Shown here in pieces: positions 37,142 through 46,637 of a stretch of 64,000 bases of DNA (position 1 is its first letter; every line of letters begins with the position of its first letter). Under the pieces are notes generated by a model that searched no databases, was not told the DNA's origin, and saw only the letters and a list, made by a program, of their open reading frames with translations. The stretch is from a virus (Duplodnaviria > Caudoviricetes). Both the position numbers and the translations under genes were made by a program. Where the stretch lies: positions 1 through 64,000 of the IMG/VR virus record IMGVR_UViG_3300044546_000600. One strand, given 5' to 3'.

Positions 37142-38193
37142 AGCTTAATATCGAAAACAGATTCATCCATCTTGTTATCTACGCCTTTAACGTAGGACGA
37201 GATTTCTGTTTCTTGAGGCGCAACTTGAATCTTTTTGCTATCGTAGAAGCTGTTCAACCATCCAGAAAGAGGATTAGCTTTAACATTATAGATTTTCTTA
37301 TAACCCATAGAAGTTAAACGGTTATCAGCAAGCCATTCAACGTAGTTCTTGAGAGAATCAGGGGTCAAGCCAATCAAGCTGCCGCGAGAGAAAAGGTAAT
37401 CGGCCCATTCTTTTTCAGCGTCCACTGCCATACGATAAGCTTCATAAACACGGTCTTCATTGTTCTTGATTATTTCTTGAAAGCCTTCTTTTGGATTATC
37501 TCGGAGAATTTTAAAGATGTTTTGCGTGATAGCAACATGGAGATTCTCGTCTCTGGAAATCAAGTTGATGATCTTTGCGTTCCCTTCCATCTTGCCGCGA
37601 TAGCCGAAATAGAACGAGCAAGCGAACGAGACGTAGAAGGTAAGACCTTCGGTGATTTGGGTAGCCAACAAAGCATCAAAGATTTGCTGTTTAGGATCGC
37701 TGCTCTTAGTATTCAAGAGCGCGTCATATCGGCTAGAAATAGCTTCTGCGCGTTTAACAATCTCTTTATCTTCTAAGATGGAATCAAAGAACTTAGTAGC
37801 ATCAGGATGTACGTTTTGGAGAATGTAAGTATAGCTATTGCTGTGAATAGTTTCAAAGAAAGACCATACATTCATGCAAATTTCAAGCTCTGGATTGCTA
37901 ACGTAATCAGCAAGAGAATTGATACTGCGTGAAAGCATAGAATCAGTCATCGTCTGAAAGCGAAGATTGCTATCAAAAACGAAACGTTCTTCTGGAGACA
38001 AGTTCTTGTAATCAGCGGAATCTTTAGTAAGATTAACCTCTTGTGGTCGCCAAAAGAAGTTCATCTGTTGATCGTAAAGATCATAGAACTTTGGATACTT
38101 CAAACGGTCATAACGCTGAATAGCTAAATCTTCGCCAAGAAAGATCGGCTGTTTAAGAGAGTCTGTGTTAATGGTATTTAATACTGTTTTCAT
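37138..38193 (-). CDS. nrdB: ribonucleotide reductase class Ia beta subunit
   Basis: FFWRPQEV, FETIHSNSY, EGLTFYVSF, ISRDENLH, QVAPQETEISSY. Confidence 0.97.
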   Translation of the reverse strand: MKTVLNTINTDSLKQPIFLGEDLAIQRYDRLKYPKFYDLYDQQMNFFWRPQEVNLTKDSADYKNLSPEERFVFDSNLRFQTMTDSMLSRSINSLADYVSNPELEICMNVWSFFETIHSNSYTYILQNVHPDATKFFDSILEDKEIVKRAEAISSRYDALLNTKSSDPKQQIFDALLATQITEGLTFYVSFACSFYFGYRGKMEGNAKIINLISRDENLHVAITQNIFKILRDNPKEGFQEIIKNNEDRVYEAYRMAVDAEKEWADYLFSRGSLIGLTPDSLKNYVEWLADNRLTSMGYKKIYNVKANPLSGWLNSFYDSKKIQVAPQETEISSYVKGVDNKMDESVFDIKL

Positions 38194-38196
38194 TTT

Positions 38197-40485
38197 TTAT
38201 AGGGTGCAAGCTCCACTGGAGCAATTATCTGCTTCTACTTCTGGTTCTACTTTTTTAACTTCTGTTGCTGAACCAAGTACGGTTTGTGTATCGCCGTCAA
38301 ATGTGTTTGTATAGTAAAGATTTTTGATACCATACTTATAAGCCAACAGGATATCACGAACAAGATCGGTTTGTGGCGGAACTTTGCTTGGGTAATTGGC
38401 TGTATTGTAATACAAGTTCGTTGACATACTCATATCTACGAATTTTTGAATAGCGGCGGCTACTTTAAGATAGCCGTCGTTGTTTGGCATTTCGGAAGCG
38501 ATAGTATAGTGTCTCTTATGCTCTTTAATGTTTGGAACAACAACAGATATAACTCCAGCTTTTGAACGCTTAAACGAAATAAGCGAGCGAGGAGGCTCAA
38601 TCCCATTTGTGGAAGATTGAATTACGGAGCTAGATTCAACAGGCATGATAGCTGTTAAAGTGCTGTGACGCATACCGTGTTGAGCGATTTCTTTACGAAG
38701 AGCTTCCCAATCAAAATGGAGCTTCTCGGTAACGAACTCATCAACGTTCTTGCAGTAAGTGTCAATTGGAAGAATTCCTTGAGAAAATTTAGTAAGATGG
38801 AACTTTTCGCACTTACCTTTTTCCTTGGCAATCTCAACAGAAGCTTTGATAAGATTATAGCTGATAGACTCCATAAGCGCAGCAACCTTGTTAGGAGCTT
38901 GCTTATCGAAGTATTTGATTTCTCGTTTAGCAAGCCAAGCAGCTAAGTTGGTAACGCCAACGCCAAGACTACGACGCTTCTTAGCGAAGTTCTCCGCCGC
39001 TGGAACGAAATAATTTTGATGGTCAATCAGTTCTTCAAGCATCCGAACAATAACATCGCACACTGATTCCATTTCATCTTCTGAAATTTCCAAAAGATTA
39101 ACAGCAGAAAGAATGCAGACGCCGATTTCACCATCTTTATCGTTAACATCTTTGATTGCAGTTAATGGATGATTAACTTCCAAGCAAAGGTTAGCGGTAT
39201 CAACTTGTTCAGTCCAAGAACCATGAGAATTAGCATGGTCAACATTCATCAAATAAATACGACCAGTCTCTACACGTTCTTTAGAGAATAAGAAAAGAAG
39301 TTCTCTGGCGTTAACGACCTTTTTAAATTTAATTTTATTGTTCTTTTCGGCAGCTTCGTAAAGCTCCTTGAAACCTTCCATGCCAAAGTTATTCCAAAGT
39401 TCAGGAACTTCATGGTAAGAGAAAAGAGTTACAGTCTTGTTAGACATAGCGCGATCATAGAACAAACGATCAAAGCCAATGCAGTAATCAAGTTTGCGAA
39501 CACGATTGTCATCAGTGCCAGCATTGTTCTTGAGAACCATAATGTCTTCAATGTCGTGATGGAACCAAGCAACGTTAACTGTTGCCGAGCCACCGCGAAT
39601 ACCGTTTTGATGGCAAGACTTAACGGTAGATTCAAACATCTTCAAGAACGGAATTGGGCCAGTATGACTGACCATGCCGCCTTTAACTGGGCTGTTTACA
39701 GCGCGAATGCGGCTGATATTCATGCCGATACCGTATCGGTTGGCAGTTGCTAGGCCAACAGCGGTATTATTGCCGAAAATCGAATCTAAAGTGTCGTCAA
39801 CAGTGAACAGGGCGCATGAAGCATAAGACTTCAAAGTCGTGCGAACGCCCGCCATAATTGGCGTAGGAAGATTGATCTTGTGTTGGCTAAAGTAATTATA
39901 GGCTCGCTTAACGTATTGAAGTCTATTTGACGTATAGTTCCTAAACAAAGTCATAGCAATAAGCATATAAGCAAATTGCGGCGTTTCGTAGATTTTCTTT
40001 GTAGTACGGTTCTGAACTAAGTATTTCTCGCACAACTGTTTAATGCCAGCATAAGTGAACGAAAAATCACGGTCATGTTTTAAATACTCGTCAATCTTAT
40101 GGAACTCTCTCTCATCGTACCATTTAAGAATGTCGGCATCATAAATGCCAGAAGAAATGTTTTCTTTAACGAAGTCGATAAGCTTTGGAGCATTTCTGCC
40201 ACCCCAAACCTCTTTACGCAGCTGATAGTTCTGCAAACGAGAAGCAACATATTGATACTGAGGCTTTTCCTCAGAGATCAAATTAGCGGCAGACTCAATC
40301 AAAGTGTTGTGAACATCTTTGGAAGATATTCCATCAAAGAAAGATAGGTTAGCATTAATTCCCACTTCTTCAAGAGAAGTATCGCTAATACCTTCACAGG
40401 CCCAAGCTAAAACTTTATTAATTTTGTCAGCATCGAATTTTTCAACTTCGCCGCTTCTTTTCTTTACGTTCATGAATTTTTTCAT
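38197..40485 (-). CDS. nrdA: ribonucleotide reductase class Ia alpha subunit with ATP cone
   Basis: VKKRSG ATP cone, PTPIMAG, SCAL, NLCLE, GIKNLYY, C-terminal CSSGAC. Confidence 0.97.
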   Translation of the reverse strand: MKKFMNVKKRSGEVEKFDADKINKVLAWACEGISDTSLEEVGINANLSFFDGISSKDVHNTLIESAANLISEEKPQYQYVASRLQNYQLRKEVWGGRNAPKLIDFVKENISSGIYDADILKWYDEREFHKIDEYLKHDRDFSFTYAGIKQLCEKYLVQNRTTKKIYETPQFAYMLIAMTLFRNYTSNRLQYVKRAYNYFSQHKINLPTPIMAGVRTTLKSYASCALFTVDDTLDSIFGNNTAVGLATANRYGIGMNISRIRAVNSPVKGGMVSHTGPIPFLKMFESTVKSCHQNGIRGGSATVNVAWFHHDIEDIMVLKNNAGTDDNRVRKLDYCIGFDRLFYDRAMSNKTVTLFSYHEVPELWNNFGMEGFKELYEAAEKNNKIKFKKVVNARELLFLFSKERVETGRIYLMNVDHANSHGSWTEQVDTANLCLEVNHPLTAIKDVNDKDGEIGVCILSAVNLLEISEDEMESVCDVIVRMLEELIDHQNYFVPAAENFAKKRRSLGVGVTNLAAWLAKREIKYFDKQAPNKVAALMESISYNLIKASVEIAKEKGKCEKFHLTKFSQGILPIDTYCKNVDEFVTEKLHFDWEALRKEIAQHGMRHSTLTAIMPVESSSVIQSSTNGIEPPRSLISFKRSKAGVISVVVPNIKEHKRHYTIASEMPNNDGYLKVAAAIQKFVDMSMSTNLYYNTANYPSKVPPQTDLVRDILLAYKYGIKNLYYTNTFDGDTQTVLGSATEVKKVEPEVEADNCSSGACTL

Positions 40486-40557
40486 ATTGAAACCAAAATA
40501 GGTAAGATAATTTACAGGTTAAACAGACGTTAATGTTAAACAAACTTCTTTAAGAAA

Positions 40558-41037
40558 CTATTTGTAGTTCTTAACGAAATTGAGTGTATCCACATTGAAT
40601 CCATTGTTCATGTAAAACATCTGGACTCTAGGGTCGCCGCCATGACTAATGTAGGAGCAGTTTAAGAAGTCAAGGCTTCTTTGCTGAATAAATTCTTCGA
40701 CAGCAGAAATTACCTTAATACCGTCAAGATAAGACTTTCCGCAAGTAACCCAAATGATTTCTTGCACACCTCTTCTGCCGCTGACCCAATCAGAAGAAAC
40801 GAATCCAGCAAAGATAGAGTTAGGTTTTCCGTCTCTAAAATAAACGAAGAAAACAGCGTCATCTTTGAGAGTGAGCAGAGCGGTAACTAACCTATCTTTT
40901 AGGTAGTTTAAATCCCACTCTGCTCCCCAATGTTTTTGAATTTTGCAGATGTTTTGTATCCGCTCGGTCAAAGACATTTCATCAAGAATAGCTTTAAGCT
41001 CAGAAGCCTTAACGATCCTCTTGACCATATTAGACAA
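40558..41037 (-). CDS. GNAT-fold protein
   Basis: VFFVYFRDGKP...QEIIWV...FYMNNGF. Confidence 0.5.
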   Translation of the reverse strand: MSNMVKRIVKASELKAILDEMSLTERIQNICKIQKHWGAEWDLNYLKDRLVTALLTLKDDAVFFVYFRDGKPNSIFAGFVSSDWVSGRRGVQEIIWVTCGKSYLDGIKVISAVEEFIQQRSLDFLNCSYISHGGDPRVQMFYMNNGFNVDTLNFVKNYK

Positions 41038-41809
41038 ACTTAATTAAGGCGCGAGCTTCTTTAACTGGAATATCAGTCCAAGTCTTCCATTTAGAAGCTT
41101 CTTCGTTGCGATATGTTTCAGATTTCCAAAGACCGCGTAGAAAATTTTTAAAGTTCTCAAACTCGTCTCCACCAGAATTGTGCTCAGAGTCTCTGAACTT
41201 ATTCTTTAAAACTCCTTGAGGAGTAATGTCGCTTGAATGATCGCTTGCGGCGATTAATTTGCTAGAGCCTTTCTTGTCGATTTCGTCTTCGCCGACGATA
41301 TGGATACCAAGATAATTGCGGACAGAGCGAACAAAAGCTCGGTTGGCTGCAATAGTTTCTAGGAACTTTTGACCAAAACCATCAGTATTTTCAAAAGTAG
41401 CGTTAGCGACATCCATAGAAGAACAAGCTTCCCAGCTATCTTCACCAGCAATTTGATTGGTGCTTTCAAAATTAGAAATCCAATCTACGGAGCATACAGC
41501 AACTACATAATCTTTTTCAAGTTTAGGAAAAGTATATGAAACCCTGCTATAACCGCGAAGTTTAGCGACTTCTTTAATTCCCGAAAGCTTGATCAGAAGC
41601 TTATTATCTTCCAACCCTTCGATAGAATCTGGAACTGGTTTACCAAAACGTTCAAACGCGCCTTTATTTGGATAAAGGTGCGCTGGTTTCACCATAGCTC
41701 GCCAGTTGACGGAGCCATCTTGATTGAAGATATAATTAACGTTTTTTAACAACCCTCGTTCGTCACGATTGGTCGGCTTGTCGAATGGTTTTGTGTTTGA
41801 GTCGTTCAT
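41030..41809 (-). CDS. hypothetical protein, possible single-strand annealing protein
   Basis: ETIAANRAFVRSVRNYLGI...EDEI resembles the terminal helix of Rad52-like SSAPs; weak evidence. Confidence 0.4.
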   Translation of the reverse strand: MNDSNTKPFDKPTNRDERGLLKNVNYIFNQDGSVNWRAMVKPAHLYPNKGAFERFGKPVPDSIEGLEDNKLLIKLSGIKEVAKLRGYSRVSYTFPKLEKDYVVAVCSVDWISNFESTNQIAGEDSWEACSSMDVANATFENTDGFGQKFLETIAANRAFVRSVRNYLGIHIVGEDEIDKKGSSKLIAASDHSSDITPQGVLKNKFRDSEHNSGGDEFENFKNFLRGLWKSETYRNEEASKWKTWTDIPVKEARALIKFV

Positions 41810-42965
41810 CTTTTATAATATGGAAGTGATCTAATTCCTCCCAGAAGATAGGGTCATCTACGACTTTCGCCAATCTGTCAAGCTTTGGTTGGTTATTTTT
41901 CCAAGCTAACTTACTGGCGAAAACTTTCTCTTCTGAAAGGATTATCTTTTCAGAGGAAAAAAGACACGTTTCATCTATCATGTCAAGTGTTTTGACTGTA
42001 TTTTTATCAAATACTTCATCTTTTTCTAAACCAAAATCAAAAAACTTTTCAGCTAAAGCTCCCCAGTTATCGTTATACTTGGCAATTAAATCAATTTTAA
42101 TTCCAAGAGATTTTACGTCCTTGAGGTATTCAAGAGTAATAGATTCGTTAGCGATAACTGTGATACCGTGAACCTTAGATTTGATAGCGTCGATAACTTT
42201 AATAGGAATTTCTTTATCGGTAATGATGTTAAGAAAGCTTACCGAAGCCAAGCGAACAAGATTAGCTTCAGAATAATAGTAGTCCATTCTGATGTTGCAG
42301 ATTTTATCTTTAATTACCGCTGGAGCCATCAAAGAATCGGGAACAATCTCAATCGTAGGCTTATGATACAAGTCACCAATGTGCAAAGTCTTTACTTTAT
42401 CCAAGTCGTTTTCAATGCCAAGTTGGTTTAAAGCCGCTCTAGCGACCACCTCTGGCATGAACGTGTTAATCTTCTTCTTTTCCTCTGTAAGCGAAAAGGA
42501 TGGCTTACCTTGAGTCTTCCAGTCAACTTCAAGCAAGGTTTGGTTTGCTGGGTCGCCCCAAAACGGTTTGCAGTTTTGAGCGTAGCAATAAGGATACATC
42601 GCTACGATCTTTGTATTGAAATGACCCGCAAAGTGAGCTGACAAGCTATCAATACCAAGATAAAGAGAAGCATTCTTAATAAGGTAAGCTAGTTGAGGCA
42701 AAGATGTTTTACCTCTCAGGTCCATATCGACCGCACTTACTGATTGATCTGATTCAATTCCAACGTGAATGATTTTATAATCAGTTGTATATTCTTTAAT
42801 GTGAGAAAATACCTTTGTCCAGTAATCGTACTGGCGAGAGTTGCCTTTGCCGCTCGTTTGGAAAACGATATACTTATCAATGGCTAAAGGATAATAAGCT
42901 TCGTTAACAGTGGGCTTGTCGATTAAAACGCCGCAAGATAATGCGTAACGATTAAGTAAGTGCAT
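41763..42965 (-). CDS. GT9 (heptosyltransferase-like) C-terminal domain plus unknown domain
   Basis: DLRGKTSLPQLAYLIKNASLYLGIDSLSAHFA. Confidence 0.8.
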   Translation of the reverse strand: MHLLNRYALSCGVLIDKPTVNEAYYPLAIDKYIVFQTSGKGNSRQYDYWTKVFSHIKEYTTDYKIIHVGIESDQSVSAVDMDLRGKTSLPQLAYLIKNASLYLGIDSLSAHFAGHFNTKIVAMYPYCYAQNCKPFWGDPANQTLLEVDWKTQGKPSFSLTEEKKKINTFMPEVVARAALNQLGIENDLDKVKTLHIGDLYHKPTIEIVPDSLMAPAVIKDKICNIRMDYYYSEANLVRLASVSFLNIITDKEIPIKVIDAIKSKVHGITVIANESITLEYLKDVKSLGIKIDLIAKYNDNWGALAEKFFDFGLEKDEVFDKNTVKTLDMIDETCLFSSEKIILSEEKVFASKLAWKNNQPKLDRLAKVVDDPIFWEELDHFHIIKDERLKHKTIRQADQS

Positions 42966-44868
42966 GGCTAGAAAGAAGATTGAATTGAATTTTGTCTATA
43001 CCGTTATGCTGGTAATCGTAATTTTTTTGAGTCCCGAAATGAGGCAAGAATGTAATGTCGAAATAACCTTCGCCTTTAGCGTGACCTTCCATAGTCAAGA
43101 GGTTCTCCATTGCGGGAGTAAAATGTAAAACTTTATGGATATGGGGATTGCCGTTGAGCAGCTCGTTAAATTCTGGTTTTGTGGCAAAGTAAATGTTGTA
43201 TTCAGGATACACTTCTTTAATCGAAGGAAGCAGAGAAGTGCTCATGAAAACATCGCCAGCACTTTGCGGCATCACAAATAAGATTCGGCGACCAAGATCA
43301 TCCTTATCAAGTAAATCGGACAATTCAATTTTATTGTTTTGTTGATTCTCTTTAGCTCCAACATTTCTGAAATAAGACAAGATTTGATCTCTGGTTACTC
43401 CTTTGTTCAATTGGGAAATCCAAGTTTTAAGACCGTCATCATTCTCGTCAACCGTCATTCTGAGAATGTTTTTGTACAAGTCAATAACCCAAGCTACGTT
43501 ATCTTCTGTGTCGAGAGGAATATGATTTGGATTGCGCGGAACAAAGTCGCTTTCAAAATTCCATTCGACGGTTGAGGAGTTGTCTATGATTTCTTCTATC
43601 TGCTTACCGATAACTTCGGCAGAAAGATTCTCGATAACAAACTTTCTAGCTTTCTTACCCATCACAAGACGCTTTTCGAGCGGCATCTTGTAAACTCGTT
43701 CAATTTTCTCAGCGATAGACTCAGGAAGTGTGGTCGCTTTGATGAAATTAGTGCCCGGTTCGTAGTACGGCTTCCAACTAAGCGGCATACCGCCACTTTC
43801 TTCGGTCGAAAAGTCTTCGCCGCACGAATAATTAGTAACTAAAGTAATCAAACCAGTTAACTTGGCTTCGGTAACAGGAATTTCTTGACCGCCACTAGTA
43901 AACGGATGGCAGTAAACATCCATTAAGTTGTAAATCTCATTTAACTGCTCTTCGCTTACGCCATTTGTGATATTCGTCGTTTCAACAGTGTCTTTACCGT
44001 CGCAGTATTTGCACGCGATCTTTTGACCAGAAAACTTTTTGATCTCGTACTGCTTACATTTCTTGCAGAAGTAAGTGGTCAATACATCATCGTTGCTTAT
44101 TTCATTATCTTTGATCAGTTTAGCAATATCCCAGCCTTCGCCCCAGTGAGTGTGAAGCAGCAGTTTAGCTTTTGACTTAGGATTGTCCTGTTTAAACTTC
44201 TTGAATCCTTGAATTAAGTTAGGAACGCTTTTGCGAAGTTGATTTCTAAATACGAAACCAATAATAAATTCATCAGTGAGTCCAAACTCTTTTCTCAAAG
44301 CAGTTCTGTCTTCTTCTTTCAAGCGAAAGAACGAAGATGTTTCAGTGGAGCCTCTAAGAGTTTTGATTGAGCCTTTAGGATGACCAAGACGTTCAGCTTC
44401 TTTGCCAGCGAACGAAGCCCAAGCATAATAATGCTTAACCTTTGGAATGATTTTGATAGCGTCTTGATAAAGAGGAAGCGAATCAAGAGTTGTCCATACC
44501 ATACAGTTGTTATTCCACCATTTCTTTTCTGTAAGCGGAGCCAACGCCCAAATATCTTCAATGCCGATATAAAAGTCGGGCTTAATTTCTTTCATAAGAT
44601 TATCAATCTCATGATGGCCATAACTAACTGCCCGAAGTTTTGTTTGGTCGGAAGCTAAAGCTTGAACAACCGCTGGTTCAGGCATAGTGCCAACGCCCTT
44701 CCAAGGAAGAGTTTTTAATTCGTCGGAATCTTTATACTTAGTATTAGCAAATTCGACAAGGTTATACTTACCAGTTTTATACAAGTAACGAAGAACATTC
44801 TTCATGTTCTTGCCGAAACCAGTAAAGATACGGCTGCTGTTGCTATGAAATACTACTGTTTTTTTCAT
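42952..44868 (-). CDS. GT4-like glycosyltransferase with zinc-ribbon insert and C-terminal GT9 N-domain
   Basis: VFRNQLRKSVP, GGQEIPVTEA; CKKC..CKYC insert; ILFVMPQSAGDV...LNGNPHIHKV. Confidence 0.82.
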   Translation of the reverse strand: MKKTVVFHSNSSRIFTGFGKNMKNVLRYLYKTGKYNLVEFANTKYKDSDELKTLPWKGVGTMPEPAVVQALASDQTKLRAVSYGHHEIDNLMKEIKPDFYIGIEDIWALAPLTEKKWWNNNCMVWTTLDSLPLYQDAIKIIPKVKHYYAWASFAGKEAERLGHPKGSIKTLRGSTETSSFFRLKEEDRTALRKEFGLTDEFIIGFVFRNQLRKSVPNLIQGFKKFKQDNPKSKAKLLLHTHWGEGWDIAKLIKDNEISNDDVLTTYFCKKCKQYEIKKFSGQKIACKYCDGKDTVETTNITNGVSEEQLNEIYNLMDVYCHPFTSGGQEIPVTEAKLTGLITLVTNYSCGEDFSTEESGGMPLSWKPYYEPGTNFIKATTLPESIAEKIERVYKMPLEKRLVMGKKARKFVIENLSAEVIGKQIEEIIDNSSTVEWNFESDFVPRNPNHIPLDTEDNVAWVIDLYKNILRMTVDENDDGLKTWISQLNKGVTRDQILSYFRNVGAKENQQNNKIELSDLLDKDDLGRRILFVMPQSAGDVFMSTSLLPSIKEVYPEYNIYFATKPEFNELLNGNPHIHKVLHFTPAMENLLTMEGHAKGEGYFDITFLPHFGTQKNYDYQHNGIDKIQFNLLSSHALT

Positions 44869-45332
44869 TGAGCCTCAACACGAAAAGATTCAGCTAGATA
44901 GCTTTCAAGAAATTGAGCAAGTAATTCGGACTCTCCTAACTCAAAACTAATAGAGAATTGTTGCTCGCCGCGTTTAATGCTAAAAGAAAATGCCGAACCG
45001 CCGCTCTTCTTCTCGTAAGGCCCAAACATAATTGAAGTTGAAGAGCCTTGGTAAACGTGAACTGTGCTAAATTTAGTTTCTTTGCGAACAGAGCGGATGA
45101 TCGACGCCGCTTCTGTTTGGTTGAGCTTCAAAGCTGCTGTCTTTTCAGGGTTCTTGGCGTTTTGAGTGAACGAGCCTTTTCTAGAAGCCTCATCCCATCC
45201 AGCTTGCTTTACGAAGCTGGTATAAAGCGTTAAGCCTTTTTCGTCTTTGCTTACATTAAAAGACGCGGCTGTTCCTGTGCAGGACTTATTGGGTTTGTAA
45301 AAATTAAGGCGCATATATCGTTTGTGTTTCAA
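44865..45332 (-). CDS. hypothetical protein, possible Whirly/PC4-like ssDNA-binding protein
   Basis: Twice-repeated pattern of beta strands followed by a helix (KLNQTEAASII, FELGESELL); weak evidence. Confidence 0.4.
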   Translation of the reverse strand: MKHKRYMRLNFYKPNKSCTGTAASFNVSKDEKGLTLYTSFVKQAGWDEASRKGSFTQNAKNPEKTAALKLNQTEAASIIRSVRKETKFSTVHVYQGSSTSIMFGPYEKKSGGSAFSFSIKRGEQQFSISFELGESELLAQFLESYLAESFRVEAQ

Positions 45333-45372
45333 GATAATAATGCGCTAATAGACTTTTTAAACTAATTTTAAA

Positions 45373-45404
45373 ATAAAAAAGCCTACGTTTTTAGGCGTAG
45401 GCTT
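45373..45404 (-). terminator. intrinsic terminator
   Basis: AAGCCTACG-loop-CGTAGGCTT hairpin followed by a T run on the minus strand. Confidence 0.85.
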
Positions 45405-45426
45405 GAGGATTTCCGCTAATTAGTTA

Positions 45427-45645
45427 TTAGCGTGTAATCGTTTGACCTCTGAAGGATACTGCGACAACGCTTGTCTTAGCGAACTTACGAACTTCATCGG
45501 CATTGCGGTCATGCACGATGATCATTTGTGGAGTCTCGCTGACGAAACGAGCATTCAGAACTTCGTTGGTGGTGACAAGGCCGAAGAAACGACCTGCTGT
45601 ATTTGTGATGGCGTTGATAACGCGATTTGTGTTTGTGGTTTTCAT
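45427..45645 (-). CDS. small 72-aa protein in its own transcription unit
   Basis: Flanked by a good promoter and a terminator. Confidence 0.8.
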   Translation of the reverse strand: MKTTNTNRVINAITNTAGRFFGLVTTNEVLNARFVSETPQMIIVHDRNADEVRKFAKTSVVAVSFRGQTITR

Positions 45646-45650
45646 AGATT

Positions 45651-46637
45651 TTAACTACGCCAGAGAAGATAGAAGCCTTGTATCGTTTTGTCAAGAGTTT
45701 CTTCGAGAAAAAGTTTACTTTTTATTTTGTTAAAATACTGTTCTGACTTATTAATGTAACCTCTTAATTTAACGTGATTTGAAACTCCGAAAGTCATGTA
45801 TTCGGAAATGATTTTGGAATTTAAGTAAGAAAAAATAAACAATTCAGACGCTTCTTTTGTGGCTATTAGCTTATCGTTATCGACTTGATAGTAAGAAAGG
45901 AAATTATTAAAAACACTATCGGAACAATTCAAAAGTTCTTTTGTTAACCAAAGTTCAAGATATTTATTTGCGTGACAAGCGTATTCAAAATTTAACAGTT
46001 TAAATTCTTTATTAGACAAAATGATGTTGGACGAATCTAAATCCAAATGACAGAGACAACAATCATCAAGAGATTCGACGTAAAGAGATTTGAACGCCAA
46101 CTTTGTAGCGCCAAATACTTGAGCGACTGGAAAAGTATGATGTATCATCATAGACTCTCTTGGTAAAAATGAAGTGATAGCTTCTATCGTTTGGTCTTTA
46201 GTCCCACAAGAAACTGCGTGCATACTTCTCAACACGTTTGAGAAAACATTTTCGAGTTTCAATTTAGAGCTTAATGGGTATTTGGATATATCCGACAAAA
46301 ATATACCAGAAGGCATTTCGTAACAAATATAATTAAAATCTTGTCCCAAGCTAAAAGAAACTATTTTCGGATGAAACGAAAAGTTATTTTCACAGAGCTT
46401 ATCCCAAAAATTAGGAATAAAAGGGGAAACGCTAACCTTTAAAAAATAAGGCTTACCATTGGCGGCGATGACATAAAGATCATACAAAACATTTGTAGAA
46501 TACTTTTGGCAATTAGTTACGTCAAACCCAAGATCAGAAGAAACCTTCTGCTTTATAGAAGCAAGCATTTCAAGCTCAATTGGCAACAGAGTGTTGTCTT
46601 GAACTGTGTGCTGCAAGAAGTTTTTCTTTTGTTCCAT
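45651..46637 (-). CDS. choline/aminoglycoside kinase-like phosphotransferase
   Basis: YFLKV, CHLDLDSSNII, LLNFEYA (usual D replaced by N). Confidence 0.65.
   Translation of the reverse strand: MEQKKNFLQHTVQDNTLLPIELEMLASIKQKVSSDLGFDVTNCQKYSTNVLYDLYVIAANGKPYFLKVSVSPFIPNFWDKLCENNFSFHPKIVSFSLGQDFNYICYEMPSGIFLSDISKYPLSSKLKLENVFSNVLRSMHAVSCGTKDQTIEAITSFLPRESMMIHHTFPVAQVFGATKLAFKSLYVESLDDCCLCHLDLDSSNIILSNKEFKLLNFEYACHANKYLELWLTKELLNCSDSVFNNFLSYYQVDNDKLIATKEASELFIFSYLNSKIISEYMTFGVSNHVKLRGYINKSEQYFNKIKSKLFLEETLDKTIQGFYLLWRS
45666..45694 (-). promoter_or_regulatory. strong sigma70-like promoter
   Basis: TTGACA-17 nt-TATCTT with an A-rich upstream tract, inside the 3' end of the kinase-like gene. Confidence 0.75.
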
